Assembly: GCA_000002445.1 (NCBI GenBank)
Contig: CH464491.1
Span: forward strand, 2,688,001 to 2,752,000
DNA length: 64,000 bases
DNA from: Trypanosoma brucei
Lineage: Eukaryota
Reading direction: 5' to 3'
A program made the translations under genes and the position numbers. The notes under the pieces were generated by a model. It worked only from the letters and a program-made list of their open reading frames with translations. It made no database searches and was not told the DNA's origin. Each line of letters opens with the position of its first letter. Within the stretch, counting starts at the first letter, position 1. Below, piece after piece: positions 10,612-18,969 of the stretch.

Positions 10612-11811
10612 ATGATACATCTCCCAACATCAACTACACCCACCGGTGACGGAACTACGAGCTGGTTCACTCTTACGGACTCGCATTGTCACCTTAAGTT
10701 GGATATCAACACAAGGAGGAGCACTTCACCAGCAAGCTCGGGACATGTGCCGTTTGTATGTGGTATCAAGCGGGCTGTTATATGTGGTACTCACCCCGAT
10801 ATCGACTGGGGCCTCATTGAGGATGTTGCAACATCACCTCCAACATTGGAGGTGCAATCGGCTTCCGAATCTGAGGAATCATGGAGCGGTGCTATCATCC
10901 CCGGTTTCGGCATTCACCCGTGGTTCGTCCCATATGCTGAAGAGGGGAAGGAAGGGACCGCGTGCGTAACTAATGGAAAGGAGGAGAGAGAAGAGGGATC
11001 GACTAGCGCTTGCAGGTGCTGCTGCCATGCTAATGCCACTTCGACAAATGTGGTGCGCCGAAGCCCGAGGGAGCTGCTAGATCTCTTGGAAAGGGCCCTG
11101 GAGCGATTCCCGCAGGCTATCGTTGGTGAGATCGGCCTGGACAAACTGCGCGGCCCACCTGAACCTGTACAGCTGGAGCTATTTTTGGGACAGATGAAAC
11201 TCGCCGCCCGCTACGGGCGCCCGGTATCGGTGCATTGTGTGCGTAGCTTCGGCACCATGTTGTCGGCGTTGCAGCAGCTTGCCTTCGAAGACACACCACC
11301 GTCGATTGTGCTCCATGGCTTCACGGGATCGCTCGACTTCGTACGATCGGCCATAAAAATTCAGAAGAGGGGACCTTTTGTCATCGGTACAGGTTCACGT
11401 TCGAAGCCCAAGGCGCGGCCGCTCCGCATTTTCTTTGGTGTGGGTGCCGCAACAAGTTTTCGGGTGAAAGGTTTTGTGGATAAGGTACTGCCTTTCCTGC
11501 TTAAGGAGGGGCGTGCGTTACTGGAAACGGATGCCCATCATATATTTGCCCGCAGCAATGATACAACTCCCACATTTGTACCTTCGCCAGGTCGGTCCCC
11601 ACGAGTTCCTTCAGCTTCAGGAGGCGGTGTGGAGCGTCATGAACAACGAAGATGCGTGCAGAGGTTGGAGGTGCTTGGGTGTGAACAACTGGGGCAACTC
11701 CTTTGGTTGGCAAGTGATGGTGATATCAGGGTGGCGAGGGATATAGTGGAAGGTTGTGAGAGGACTTGCAAGGACGTCTTCTCGTTTGCGGGTGTGTTAC
11801 CTGGTGTTTAG
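10612..11811 (+). CDS. TatD-family metal-dependent hydrolase/DNase with internal Cys-rich insertion
   Basis: ORF-track start 10549 is TTG; first ATG 10612 lies just before the TatD motif DSHCHL; further TatD motifs GEIGLD, VSVHCVRSFG, VLHGFTGS, and C-terminal D (ETDAHH). Confidence 0.7.
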   Translation: MIHLPTSTTPTGDGTTSWFTLTDSHCHLKLDINTRRSTSPASSGHVPFVCGIKRAVICGTHPDIDWGLIEDVATSPPTLEVQSASESEESWSGAIIPGFGIHPWFVPYAEEGKEGTACVTNGKEEREEGSTSACRCCCHANATSTNVVRRSPRELLDLLERALERFPQAIVGEIGLDKLRGPPEPVQLELFLGQMKLAARYGRPVSVHCVRSFGTMLSALQQLAFEDTPPSIVLHGFTGSLDFVRSAIKIQKRGPFVIGTGSRSKPKARPLRIFFGVGAATSFRVKGFVDKVLPFLLKEGRALLETDAHHIFARSNDTTPTFVPSPGRSPRVPSASGGGVERHEQRRCVQRLEVLGCEQLGQLLWLASDGDIRVARDIVEGCERTCKDVFSFAGVLPGV

Positions 11812-12226
11812 TGGAAGTTTTTTCAATTGCCTTCACCCGTTGTGTGCAATCATGCATACGTATGTATGTGTTCGTATGCTCTTTTAGCCTTGTCAGTCTT
11901 CTGCTGCCCACACCAATCGTACACTTCATCGCGGGGGAGGGTTCTTTTCCCTCCCAATCCGTGCGAGGAGTGTCGTGTATTCAAGTGCGCCAACGAGTTT
12001 CGAACAACTTTAGTCGTTTCTGGTCTCATGCGGCGGAAATGAGGGAAAAGGGGGGACGAAGCATTCTTCTCTTTTGTTCTGTCCTGTGCGGGTGCGTGAA
12101 TACCTGCCTACAGGAGTGCATTCTGAGCTGCCTTCTACTTTTTTTTTCTTTTGGTCCTTTTAGTGTACTCTGTCACTTTGAAATTAAGGAGAAATTAGGA
12201 GAAAAGCAAAAGGTTGTGCTTGCAAA

Positions 12227-14167
12227 ATGTTCTTCTGGGGTTCGTACAACTTTTTTGAACCCCGACAGGCGGACCCCCCTAATCGGCCGCCGCTGCGTTA
12301 CCCCGTATATGTGCCCCCGTCGCTTTCCATGATGGCTGACGCTGGGATTGCAGAGCCCGAGAAAATTTTAAAAACTGAACAGGACGACATCCAAAGCACA
12401 TTGCAACATGTGGACAACCATCGTATCGTCGTGAAGCTGATTGGTTGTGGCCAAAAACATTTGGTGGGGCTTATGGGCCTGGCCCCCAAATCAAGCATGG
12501 GTTCTGCTTTGCCGCGTAGGGAAGGTGCCGTCACATCTGATATCGGTTCGAATGTGACATATGCACTGTATGGCATGGGAAGCAATCACAGTGGCCAGTT
12601 GGGCCATCGCCTGCCAACGTACAGCACCACATTGGTAAAACTCCAATTTGAGGAGTTGTTGCCACCAGGAGTCACCGTTTCTAGCATTGCCTGTGGTGAT
12701 AAATACACAGTTGTTTCTACTTCCGATGGGCTTGCGTTCGCCGCCGGAGATAACAGCTTTAGTCAACTTGGTACAGTGGGAAAAGGGCTTGGTTTTGCTC
12801 CTGTTCGTGGTATACATAACATTAAGCGAGTCTTCGCCGGTGGTAACGCAACCTTCGCCCTAGATGGTAACGGCCAACTCTTCTCATGGGGTGAAGCACA
12901 GTACGGACACCTGTGCCATGGAGACAACGGCCAGCGGTTGGATGTAAAAACACTGAAAACTGTGAACACCAATGTTTCCGTGCCTACAAGGATCGAATGG
13001 TTCGTCCGCCGTCACGTTACTATTGTGGATGTGTCAGTATCCCGAAGTCACGTGGTGTGCCGTAGCGGCGATGAAGTGTACACGTGTGGTGATGGTACAT
13101 ATGGAAAGCTGTGCTCAGGGAGTTTCGAATCGTCGTACTTACCTGTGCGTGTCAAATTTCCAGAGCGTACCCACCCTGAGCGTGTCTGTGCCATTGCTGC
13201 TGGGGATGATCATACGCTAATTCTTCGCGAATCAAGTGCCGTTGGTGCCGTTGTTTATTACTTCGGCAAAGCAAAAAACGGTGATGGGCAGTTGATCCCA
13301 GACATCATATCTTTGCCATCAAACGTTCAAAATATATTCGCTGGGCGAGGAACGTTTTCTGCGGCAACAACGAGTGATGGGCTTTTGTACGTATGGGGAA
13401 AGCAAGTGTACACTGGCTTGTCAAACGGTACTTCAGGTAAGGCTTCTCGCAGTTACCCGTGTAGCGTTGTGGCTTTAGAATCACATAACATTACCAGCGT
13501 CGCCGCAGGCGCCACGTTTGTAGTGGCGACCGGTGGTGAAAGGCGTGCCTGTGAAGGCATCGCCAACGAAGGGGAAAGATGGGATATAGTGATTCCACAC
13601 GACGATAGAACTGAGTCAGGGTATGGCGATTCCTTCAGCTCGAGATACGAAAGTGCGGTTCAGGCGTTTCTCACACAGTACCTTGGTCCATCAGTCGCTG
13701 GAGCATATATATCTGGCATTCCAGAAGCTCCGTTGGCGACCAATCCGAACGCCAACAGGTTTAAACCCATCGGTGCACACTCCCTAACCGTAGGACAAAA
13801 GGTGCGGTTGTGGATGACAGACGTGTACGCATTAGCCTCCATAACGAAAGTGTTTGGACGCAAGGAGCAATCAAATCACGTTGATATCAGCGGCAAGACC
13901 AACGAAGAAGAAAGAGATCATCAACAACACCTTCAAATAAAGAATGAAGAGGAAGAGAAGGAAAATTTAGGGCTCTCAGAGGTCAGTGGCTCGGCCGATG
14001 CACCGGGTTATCGCTTCTGTATTGAGTGGCAAAGGGATGATTGGAGAGACGAGGAAGTTACGTTGTACTCTGACGATGAAACTTTAGAGGAAACAAACCC
14101 CAACAGATGGCAGCCACTGTGGTTCCTCTACGACGAAACAGCTGGAAACTATGTCGTCGGAAAATGA
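12227..14167 (+). CDS. RCC1 (regulator of chromosome condensation) repeat protein
   Basis: Repeated beta-propeller blade motifs YGMGSNHSGQLGH, AAGDNSFSQLG, SWGEAQYGHLCHGD, TCGDGTYGKLCSG, VWGKQVYTGLSNG; alternative ATG at 12329. Confidence 0.7.
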   Translation: MFFWGSYNFFEPRQADPPNRPPLRYPVYVPPSLSMMADAGIAEPEKILKTEQDDIQSTLQHVDNHRIVVKLIGCGQKHLVGLMGLAPKSSMGSALPRREGAVTSDIGSNVTYALYGMGSNHSGQLGHRLPTYSTTLVKLQFEELLPPGVTVSSIACGDKYTVVSTSDGLAFAAGDNSFSQLGTVGKGLGFAPVRGIHNIKRVFAGGNATFALDGNGQLFSWGEAQYGHLCHGDNGQRLDVKTLKTVNTNVSVPTRIEWFVRRHVTIVDVSVSRSHVVCRSGDEVYTCGDGTYGKLCSGSFESSYLPVRVKFPERTHPERVCAIAAGDDHTLILRESSAVGAVVYYFGKAKNGDGQLIPDIISLPSNVQNIFAGRGTFSAATTSDGLLYVWGKQVYTGLSNGTSGKASRSYPCSVVALESHNITSVAAGATFVVATGGERRACEGIANEGERWDIVIPHDDRTESGYGDSFSSRYESAVQAFLTQYLGPSVAGAYISGIPEAPLATNPNANRFKPIGAHSLTVGQKVRLWMTDVYALASITKVFGRKEQSNHVDISGKTNEEERDHQQHLQIKNEEEEKENLGLSEVSGSADAPGYRFCIEWQRDDWRDEEVTLYSDDETLEETNPNRWQPLWFLYDETAGNYVVGK

Positions 14168-14556
14168 AATGGTAGGTGATACACAAAAGCTCGTTGGAAT
14201 AGAAAGCTGTGTACAACTGAATATATATTTTTTAAATCATAAAAAAGGGATGAACAAAGCCCCATCGAACAAGGTCGATGCGACACATATCATAAGGCAC
14301 ACAAAGAAGAATACGAAACAGCTATTACAGTAAACTGAGCGACAGAAGAAATTACAAAAAAATATTAAAAACTATAAAAAACCTGCGGAAAGAAGCTAAC
14401 TGACATACTTACGAAAAACCATTAAAATAATACGCAAGAACAAAAAAATAATTCAACTTCATCCCCTATCAAAAAAAAAAAAGAACACACAAACGAAAGG
14501 TAAATTAAAAATAAAACGGAAAAATAAAAAAAAAGATAGGTCGATATGACAGATGC

Positions 14557-15378
14557 GGCGTGAAGCTCTGCCACTGGTGCATCAGTAGCTCGGCATTACT
14601 GTGTTCGATGCTCTGCGCTCAGTGGACATGATGCTCCGCCGCCCATATATCCCGTTATGTATATCCTGTGTGCGCTCTAGTTCCGTTGGGACCCTGAAGA
14701 GTAAGCACACTAAACCATGCATTATACATGACCATACCCCATATATACACAATTGTAAAGCTCTTTTATGTAGTGTGCGTACCACGAAAGTAGCAGGTAC
14801 TGCACACGAAACTGGAGAGCGAGACTCTTCATTTCGACTATGGACCATATGGTTGTAGCCGTTGAATGATGACTGACAAAACATCACAGACTTTGATGAC
14901 CCCATGAACAAGAAAAATTGTCGCCCCAGACTGATTTTCACTCCCACCCCTGTATACTGACACTGGCACTTTCCTGCCGCTGTCACTGTCGCTGTTTTCG
15001 TTCATACTCTCAAATACTCTCACATTCACACACTCTTTCTCCTTCCCCTCCTTTTGACCCTCTTTGTTGTTGCCACCGTGAAGTGATTGACACCTAGGCC
15101 GATGTAAAGCCGTCGCAGATGGACGTCGATATCTTGTGAAAACAGTACTATTTTATGCCCTGACTGATCGCCGTGGCCGCCCCACTCACTACGTTTGTTG
15201 TGTAGTGTACATCCCTCTCATTTTGCTCCGTCCCCCCTCCCTCTCCTTCTGTTTCCCTTTTCTCCCCTCTTCCTTTCAGTTGGCACCGCGACAAGGTCAG
15301 CCTGAGGGCACACCTTCAGTGTGTGTACGGCCTCGGGAGGGCGTATATCCGCTCGAGTCGCAGAGCGAGGGAAATGGT
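14557..15378 (+). repeat. tandem repeat unit 1 (~822 bp), candidate snoRNA cluster repeat
   Basis: Identical ORF artefacts recur at +822 nt (14582-14986 vs 15404-15808; 14601-14858 vs 15423-15680); unit begins ggcgtgaagctctgccactggtgcatcag. Confidence 0.85.
14860..14940 (+). ncRNA. candidate C/D-box snoRNA (copy 1)
   Basis: ccgttgAATGATGActgacaaaacatcacagactttGATGACcccatgaacaagaaaaattgtcgccccagaCTGAtttt: C box AUGAUGA 14866-72, D' CUGA immediately after, C' UGAUGA, D CUGA 14931-34; ~75-80 nt spacing typical of trypanosomatid C/D snoRNAs; located in tandem repeat. Confidence 0.5.
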
Positions 15379-16193
15379 GGCGTGAAGCTCTGCCACTGGT
15401 GCATCAGTAGCTCGGCATTACTGTGTTCGATGCTCTGCGCTCAGTGGACATGATGCTCCGCCGCCCATATATCCCGTTATGTATATCCTGTGTGCGCTCT
15501 AGTTCCGTTGGGACCCTGAAGAGTAAGCACACTAAACCATGCATTATACATGACCATACCCCATATATACACAATTGTAAAGCTCTTTTATGTAGTGTGC
15601 GTACCACGAAAGTAGCAGGTACTGCACACGAAACTGGAGAGCGAGACTCTTCATTTCGACTATGGACCATATGGTTGTAACCGTTGAATGATGACTGACA
15701 AAACATCACAGACTTTGATGACCCCATGAACAAGAAAAATTGTCGCCCCAGACTGATTTTCACTCCCACCCCTGTATACTGACACTGGCACTTTCCTGCC
15801 GCTGTCACTGTCGCTGTTTTCGTTCATGCCCTCAAATACTCTCACATACTCACACATTCACACACTCTTTCTCCTTCCCCTCCTTTTGACCCTCTTTGTT
15901 GTTGCCACCGTGAAGTGATTGACACCTAGGCCGATGTAAAGCCGTCGCAGATGGACGTTGATATCTTGTGAAAACAGTACTATTTTATGCCCTGACTGAT
16001 CGCCGTGGCCGCCCCACTCACTACGTTTGTTGTGTAGTGTACATCCCTCTCATTTTGCTCCGTCCCCCCTCCCTCTCCTTCTGTTTCCCTTTCCTCCCCT
16101 CTTTCTTTAAGTTGGCACCGCGACAGTTTATTTTGAGTTTTTGCCCTTTATGGTTTATCTCTATGAAAACTGTCGAAGATTAAGGGAAATAAT
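15379..16193 (+). repeat. tandem repeat unit 2 (~815 bp), ~98% identical to unit 1 with small indels near the 3' end
   Basis: Same start sequence ggcgtgaagctctgccactgg at 15379; differences include a 10-bp insertion near 15835 and divergent 3' end. Confidence 0.85.
15682..15762 (+). ncRNA. candidate C/D-box snoRNA (copy 2, one substitution 5' of C box)
   Basis: Same sequence at +822 nt; gtaaccgttgAATGATGA... CTGA. Confidence 0.5.
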
Positions 16194-16259
16194 GGCGTGA
16201 AGCTCTGCTGCTCGTGCATCAGTAGCTCGGCGTAATTTTGTTTGATGCTCTGCGCAATG
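16194..16259 (+). repeat. partial third repeat unit (5' ~66 nt only), then divergence
   Basis: ggcgtgaagctctgctgctcgtgcatcagtagctcggcgtaattttgtttgatgctctgcgc matches unit starts with substitutions. Confidence 0.7.
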
Positions 16260-16640
16260 TATACTCTTTGTTGAACTGTATTTTTGTTTACTTTTTGACT
16301 CTGAGTTTTTACTTGTGATTGTGATGCTCAAACCCTTTTTTTTCGCCTGATGCGCTGTATGTAATGGACTTGATGCTTATCTCTTTCGGACAATGATGAC
16401 GCATGTTGTAGTGTGACGCTCGATGATTTAATCGTGTGATGCTCCTCTGCACTGCCCTTTGTTGTTTGTTAAGGTGGTCGATGCTCAGTCCTATAGCACA
16501 TGATGCTCTGCCGTTGTTATACTCGCTATGCACGAAGTTGGTACTCTAGTCTGTTTGACCTTGATGAGTTGCCTGCTTTGGTATGTTGCATCGCACATAA
16601 TTCCCAGTGCATCTTATGTGGAAACTGTACTTGCGTTAAT

Positions 16641-16760
16641 CTACCTATTTTTTATTTGTCACTTTTTTTGTACATTTTCCCCTTCTTTTTTTAACTCTTG
16701 ATCATGGACGTGAAAAGTTAGGTTGGTTACTGGCTGTGCTATTTCTTTTTTTTTTACTTT
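16641..16760 (+). promoter_or_regulatory. polypyrimidine tracts upstream of PGAM5-like gene (spliced-leader acceptor region)
   Basis: ctacctattttttatttgtcactttttttgtacattttccccttctttttttaactcttg and tatttctttttttttttactttg precede ATG 16786. Confidence 0.5.
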
Positions 16761-16785
16761 GTTGGTGGTGCTTGTTTGTGATATC

Positions 16786-17700
16786 ATGACGGTGTTGTCA
16801 CGGGTGCTTCTGGGTGCAGCGGTGGGAAGTGTGAGTGCGGCATTTAACATAGCGTGGTGTGATTCATCATTGCAAAGCGGTTCTGTGCTTTCTGTAAACA
16901 GTTTACTGCCTGTGGATGAAATTATTAGAGCGGATGGAAAGAACGCCAGTCTTAAGTCTTGGGGTGTTCCGTGGGTTGAGGATTGGGACTGTCTTGAGGC
17001 GAAGGACGGAGCGGCGGGAAAAAGTTCGGGGCATAAACGCCAGCTGATTTTGATACGTCACGGGCAATACCAAAATGAGAAGAGTAGTGATGACCGGCAA
17101 CGCACTCTTACTCAACTTGGGGAGGAACAGGCGAGACTCACCGGAAGGTATTTGTGGCAGGCGTTTCAGCAGAAACGTTTGGTGAAGGAACTGGGTAGTG
17201 AACCGGCGCTTGGGGTTGATAACTTCATGGGCGGGTTGTTGCGTTTCCATGAGCCGAAAGAAATCTACGTCTCGGATATGACTCGTGCTCAGCAAACTGT
17301 CAAACTCATAACGGAAGCTTTTCCCTACCACATACGTGCGCGAGTAAAAACTGATCCCATTCTTAGGGAGCGGTATCCCTGTGACCCTCAGCCGCCGCAT
17401 AAGCACCGATCTGCAGCGCACAGCGACATGTTAGCGGTGGAGGAGGTGTTCAAAAAATATTTTCATAGACCCTTAAAGGACGAGTCGTCTGTCGAGGTTA
17501 TTGTGGGACACGCCAATGTCATTCGGTATTTGGTGTGCCGCGCACTGCAGTTGCCCCCAGAAGCGTGGCTGCGCATTTCGCTTCCCCACTGTAGCATCAC
17601 AAGTCTCGTGATTGGTGCAAACGGTCACGTCAGTTTATCTTCGCTTGGGTCGGCAGGGCACCTGCCCGTCGACATGGTCACAACTCATAACGTTCCGTAA
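16786..17700 (+). CDS. PGAM5-like histidine phosphatase (phosphoglycerate mutase family Ser/Thr phosphatase) with N-terminal membrane anchor
   Basis: ORF-track start 16723 is TTG; first ATG 16786 gives MTVLSRVLLGAAVGSVSAAF anchor; RQLILIRHGQY catalytic RHG motif; IVGHANVIRYLVCRALQLPPEAWLRISLPHCSITSLVI nearly identical in pattern to human PGAM5 [37 protein letters not shown]. Confidence 0.85.
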   Translation: MTVLSRVLLGAAVGSVSAAFNIAWCDSSLQSGSVLSVNSLLPVDEIIRADGKNASLKSWGVPWVEDWDCLEAKDGAAGKSSGHKRQLILIRHGQYQNEKSSDDRQRTLTQLGEEQARLTGRYLWQAFQQKRLVKELGSEPALGVDNFMGGLLRFHEPKEIYVSDMTRAQQTVKLITEAFPYHIRARVKTDPILRERYPCDPQPPHKHRSAAHSDMLAVEEVFKKYFHRPLKDESSVEVIVGHANVIRYLVCRALQLPPEAWLRISLPHCSITSLVIGANGHVSLSSLGSAGHLPVDMVTTHNVP

Positions 17701-18678
17701 TTTGTTTTAAAAGCGGTGAAAGGGGGAGGGGTCGCCGCGGAAATAATACTAAGGGCGGGACCTTTTCTGTTTTCCTTCTTTTTTCCTTACTTGGGTGTGC
17801 GTCAGATGAAATAAGGAAAAAAAACTGAAGGAGAAGGACGGTCAGGTCGGTGTCGTTCAGCTTTGCGCGAAGGCTTGTGCCGGCAGTTTATGTCTCTAAG
17901 ACTCAGGTGATGTGTTTTCCTGCATCTCTCACCCAAAGCACACACACACTTACGTGCGCATGGTTTTCCTCTCTTTATGTCTCTATTTGTTTGCGTCCCC
18001 TTTAGTGGTGTAAAAAGCGAGGAGATCCTTCGGCTCTCATCCTTTTAGCTTCTTTCTCCCCTTCGTTTTGTTTCTTTCTTTAATCCCTCGTTCACCTCTT
18101 TGCTTATTCAAGGTATTTTTGTGGGGGTTACCGTTTTCAGCTAAGACAGATAAGTGTATTTTCGTTAGTGTCTTTTTTTTTTTTTGCAAGCCACTGCATA
18201 GTAAGCCCTTTTGTTGTTTTTAAATCTCCCCACTCAAGGCCCTCATGAACAATCCCACCGGTGAGTGTACTCATTTAGTCTCGTGCGTGGACCTAGGAGC
18301 GCCAAGATTTCATTCACTTGAGATAGGGGTGACAGCCAGAGGCAGGAAAAAAATACAGCAACAACGAAAGTTGTGGAAGTGTGGACGTGATGAAGAAAAA
18401 TTATTTACTTCTGTTTGGAGAGGGTTCAGGAACACTCTCCATGACGTTACCATAATTAATCCATTCTCTGATCACGTTCAGTCGCTTCTTCTTTCCTCCC
18501 CCTTTCCGCGTCCCCTGTGTTAGTTACAACATTTAACGTGATGAAAAACCTTTCATGCTGTGTGACGTACTCCCTTATGAGGGCAGGCACAAGCTGCTTG
18601 CGGCCTAGTGTCATGCAATTGATTATAGACGGCATTCTGAAAAAGTAACTTACTCTCTCTCCCCTCCTTTTGTTTACC

Positions 18679-18710
18679 TCCTCTCTCTCTCTGTGTGTGT
18701 GTGTGTGTGT
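18679..18710. repeat. compound (CT)n(GT)n microsatellite
   Basis: ctcctctctctctctgtgtgtgtgtgtgtgtgt. Confidence 0.9.
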
Positions 18711-18969
18711 CTGACCTCTTTTTTTTTTCTGTTCTGAGAGTGTATCTGTTTGCCTCCACCATAACGGGTACTACACATAACAACTACTTTGACAAACAAA
18801 GTTTGATTTACCTATCTTATTTATCTTGTTTCACATGGCACTGCGCATCATTTTATCTGCATTCGAAGAATCTGTATTATGTGCTCTCTCGCTTCTACTT
18901 TTCACGCCTCTCGTTCCTGTTTCTATTTCATTCACATATTTATCTTGAAGAAAGGTGCTCGTGGACCAA

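Noticed and set aside
11766-12332. 188-aa + ORF bridging the TatD and RCC1 genes, and small ORFs in the 9.35-10.55 kb, 26.1-28.0 kb, 41.05-42.06 kb and 45.7-47.6 kb spacers
   Set aside because: They are low-complexity (C/F/L/S-rich) translations of intergenic sequence, have no domain signal, and several are overlapped by other frames. They are treated as UTR/intergenic.
12525-12540. ggttcgaat string resembling a tRNA T-loop (GGTTCGAATCC)
   Set aside because: It lies inside the RCC1-repeat CDS, lacks the remaining tRNA cloverleaf elements (no matching acceptor stem, D-loop, or anticodon arm), and diverges after GAAT.
14582-15808. Pairs of identical ORFs (134 aa on -, 85 aa on +) at 14582-14986/15404-15808 and 14601-14858/15423-15680
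   Set aside because: They are identical only because they lie in the two copies of the 822-bp tandem repeat. The sequences are low-complexity and have no protein features. The repeat is interpreted as a snoRNA cluster, not protein-coding.
14557-16259. Possibility that the direct repeats represent a CRISPR array or a transposable element
   Set aside because: The units are 822 bp with no short repeat-spacer periodicity. The genome context is eukaryotic (kinetoplastid), and there are no terminal inverted repeats, target-site duplications, RT or transposase ORFs. The C/D-box content favours a snoRNA cluster.
16903-17421. 172-aa minus-strand ORF inside the PGAM5-like gene; likewise 35257-35802 (-) over the Zn-ribbon gene and 51786-52304 (-) over the SR-rich gene
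   Set aside because: They are antisense to domain-supported + strand genes and have no recognisable motifs.
18380-18480. Isolated GTGATGA ... CTGA pair (gtggacgtgatgaag...ccattctctgatcacg) that could be read as an orphan C/D snoRNA
   Set aside because: It is not part of a repeat, has no convincing terminal stem or C'/D' boxes, and box-like tetramers occur by chance at this spacing. It is too weak to call.
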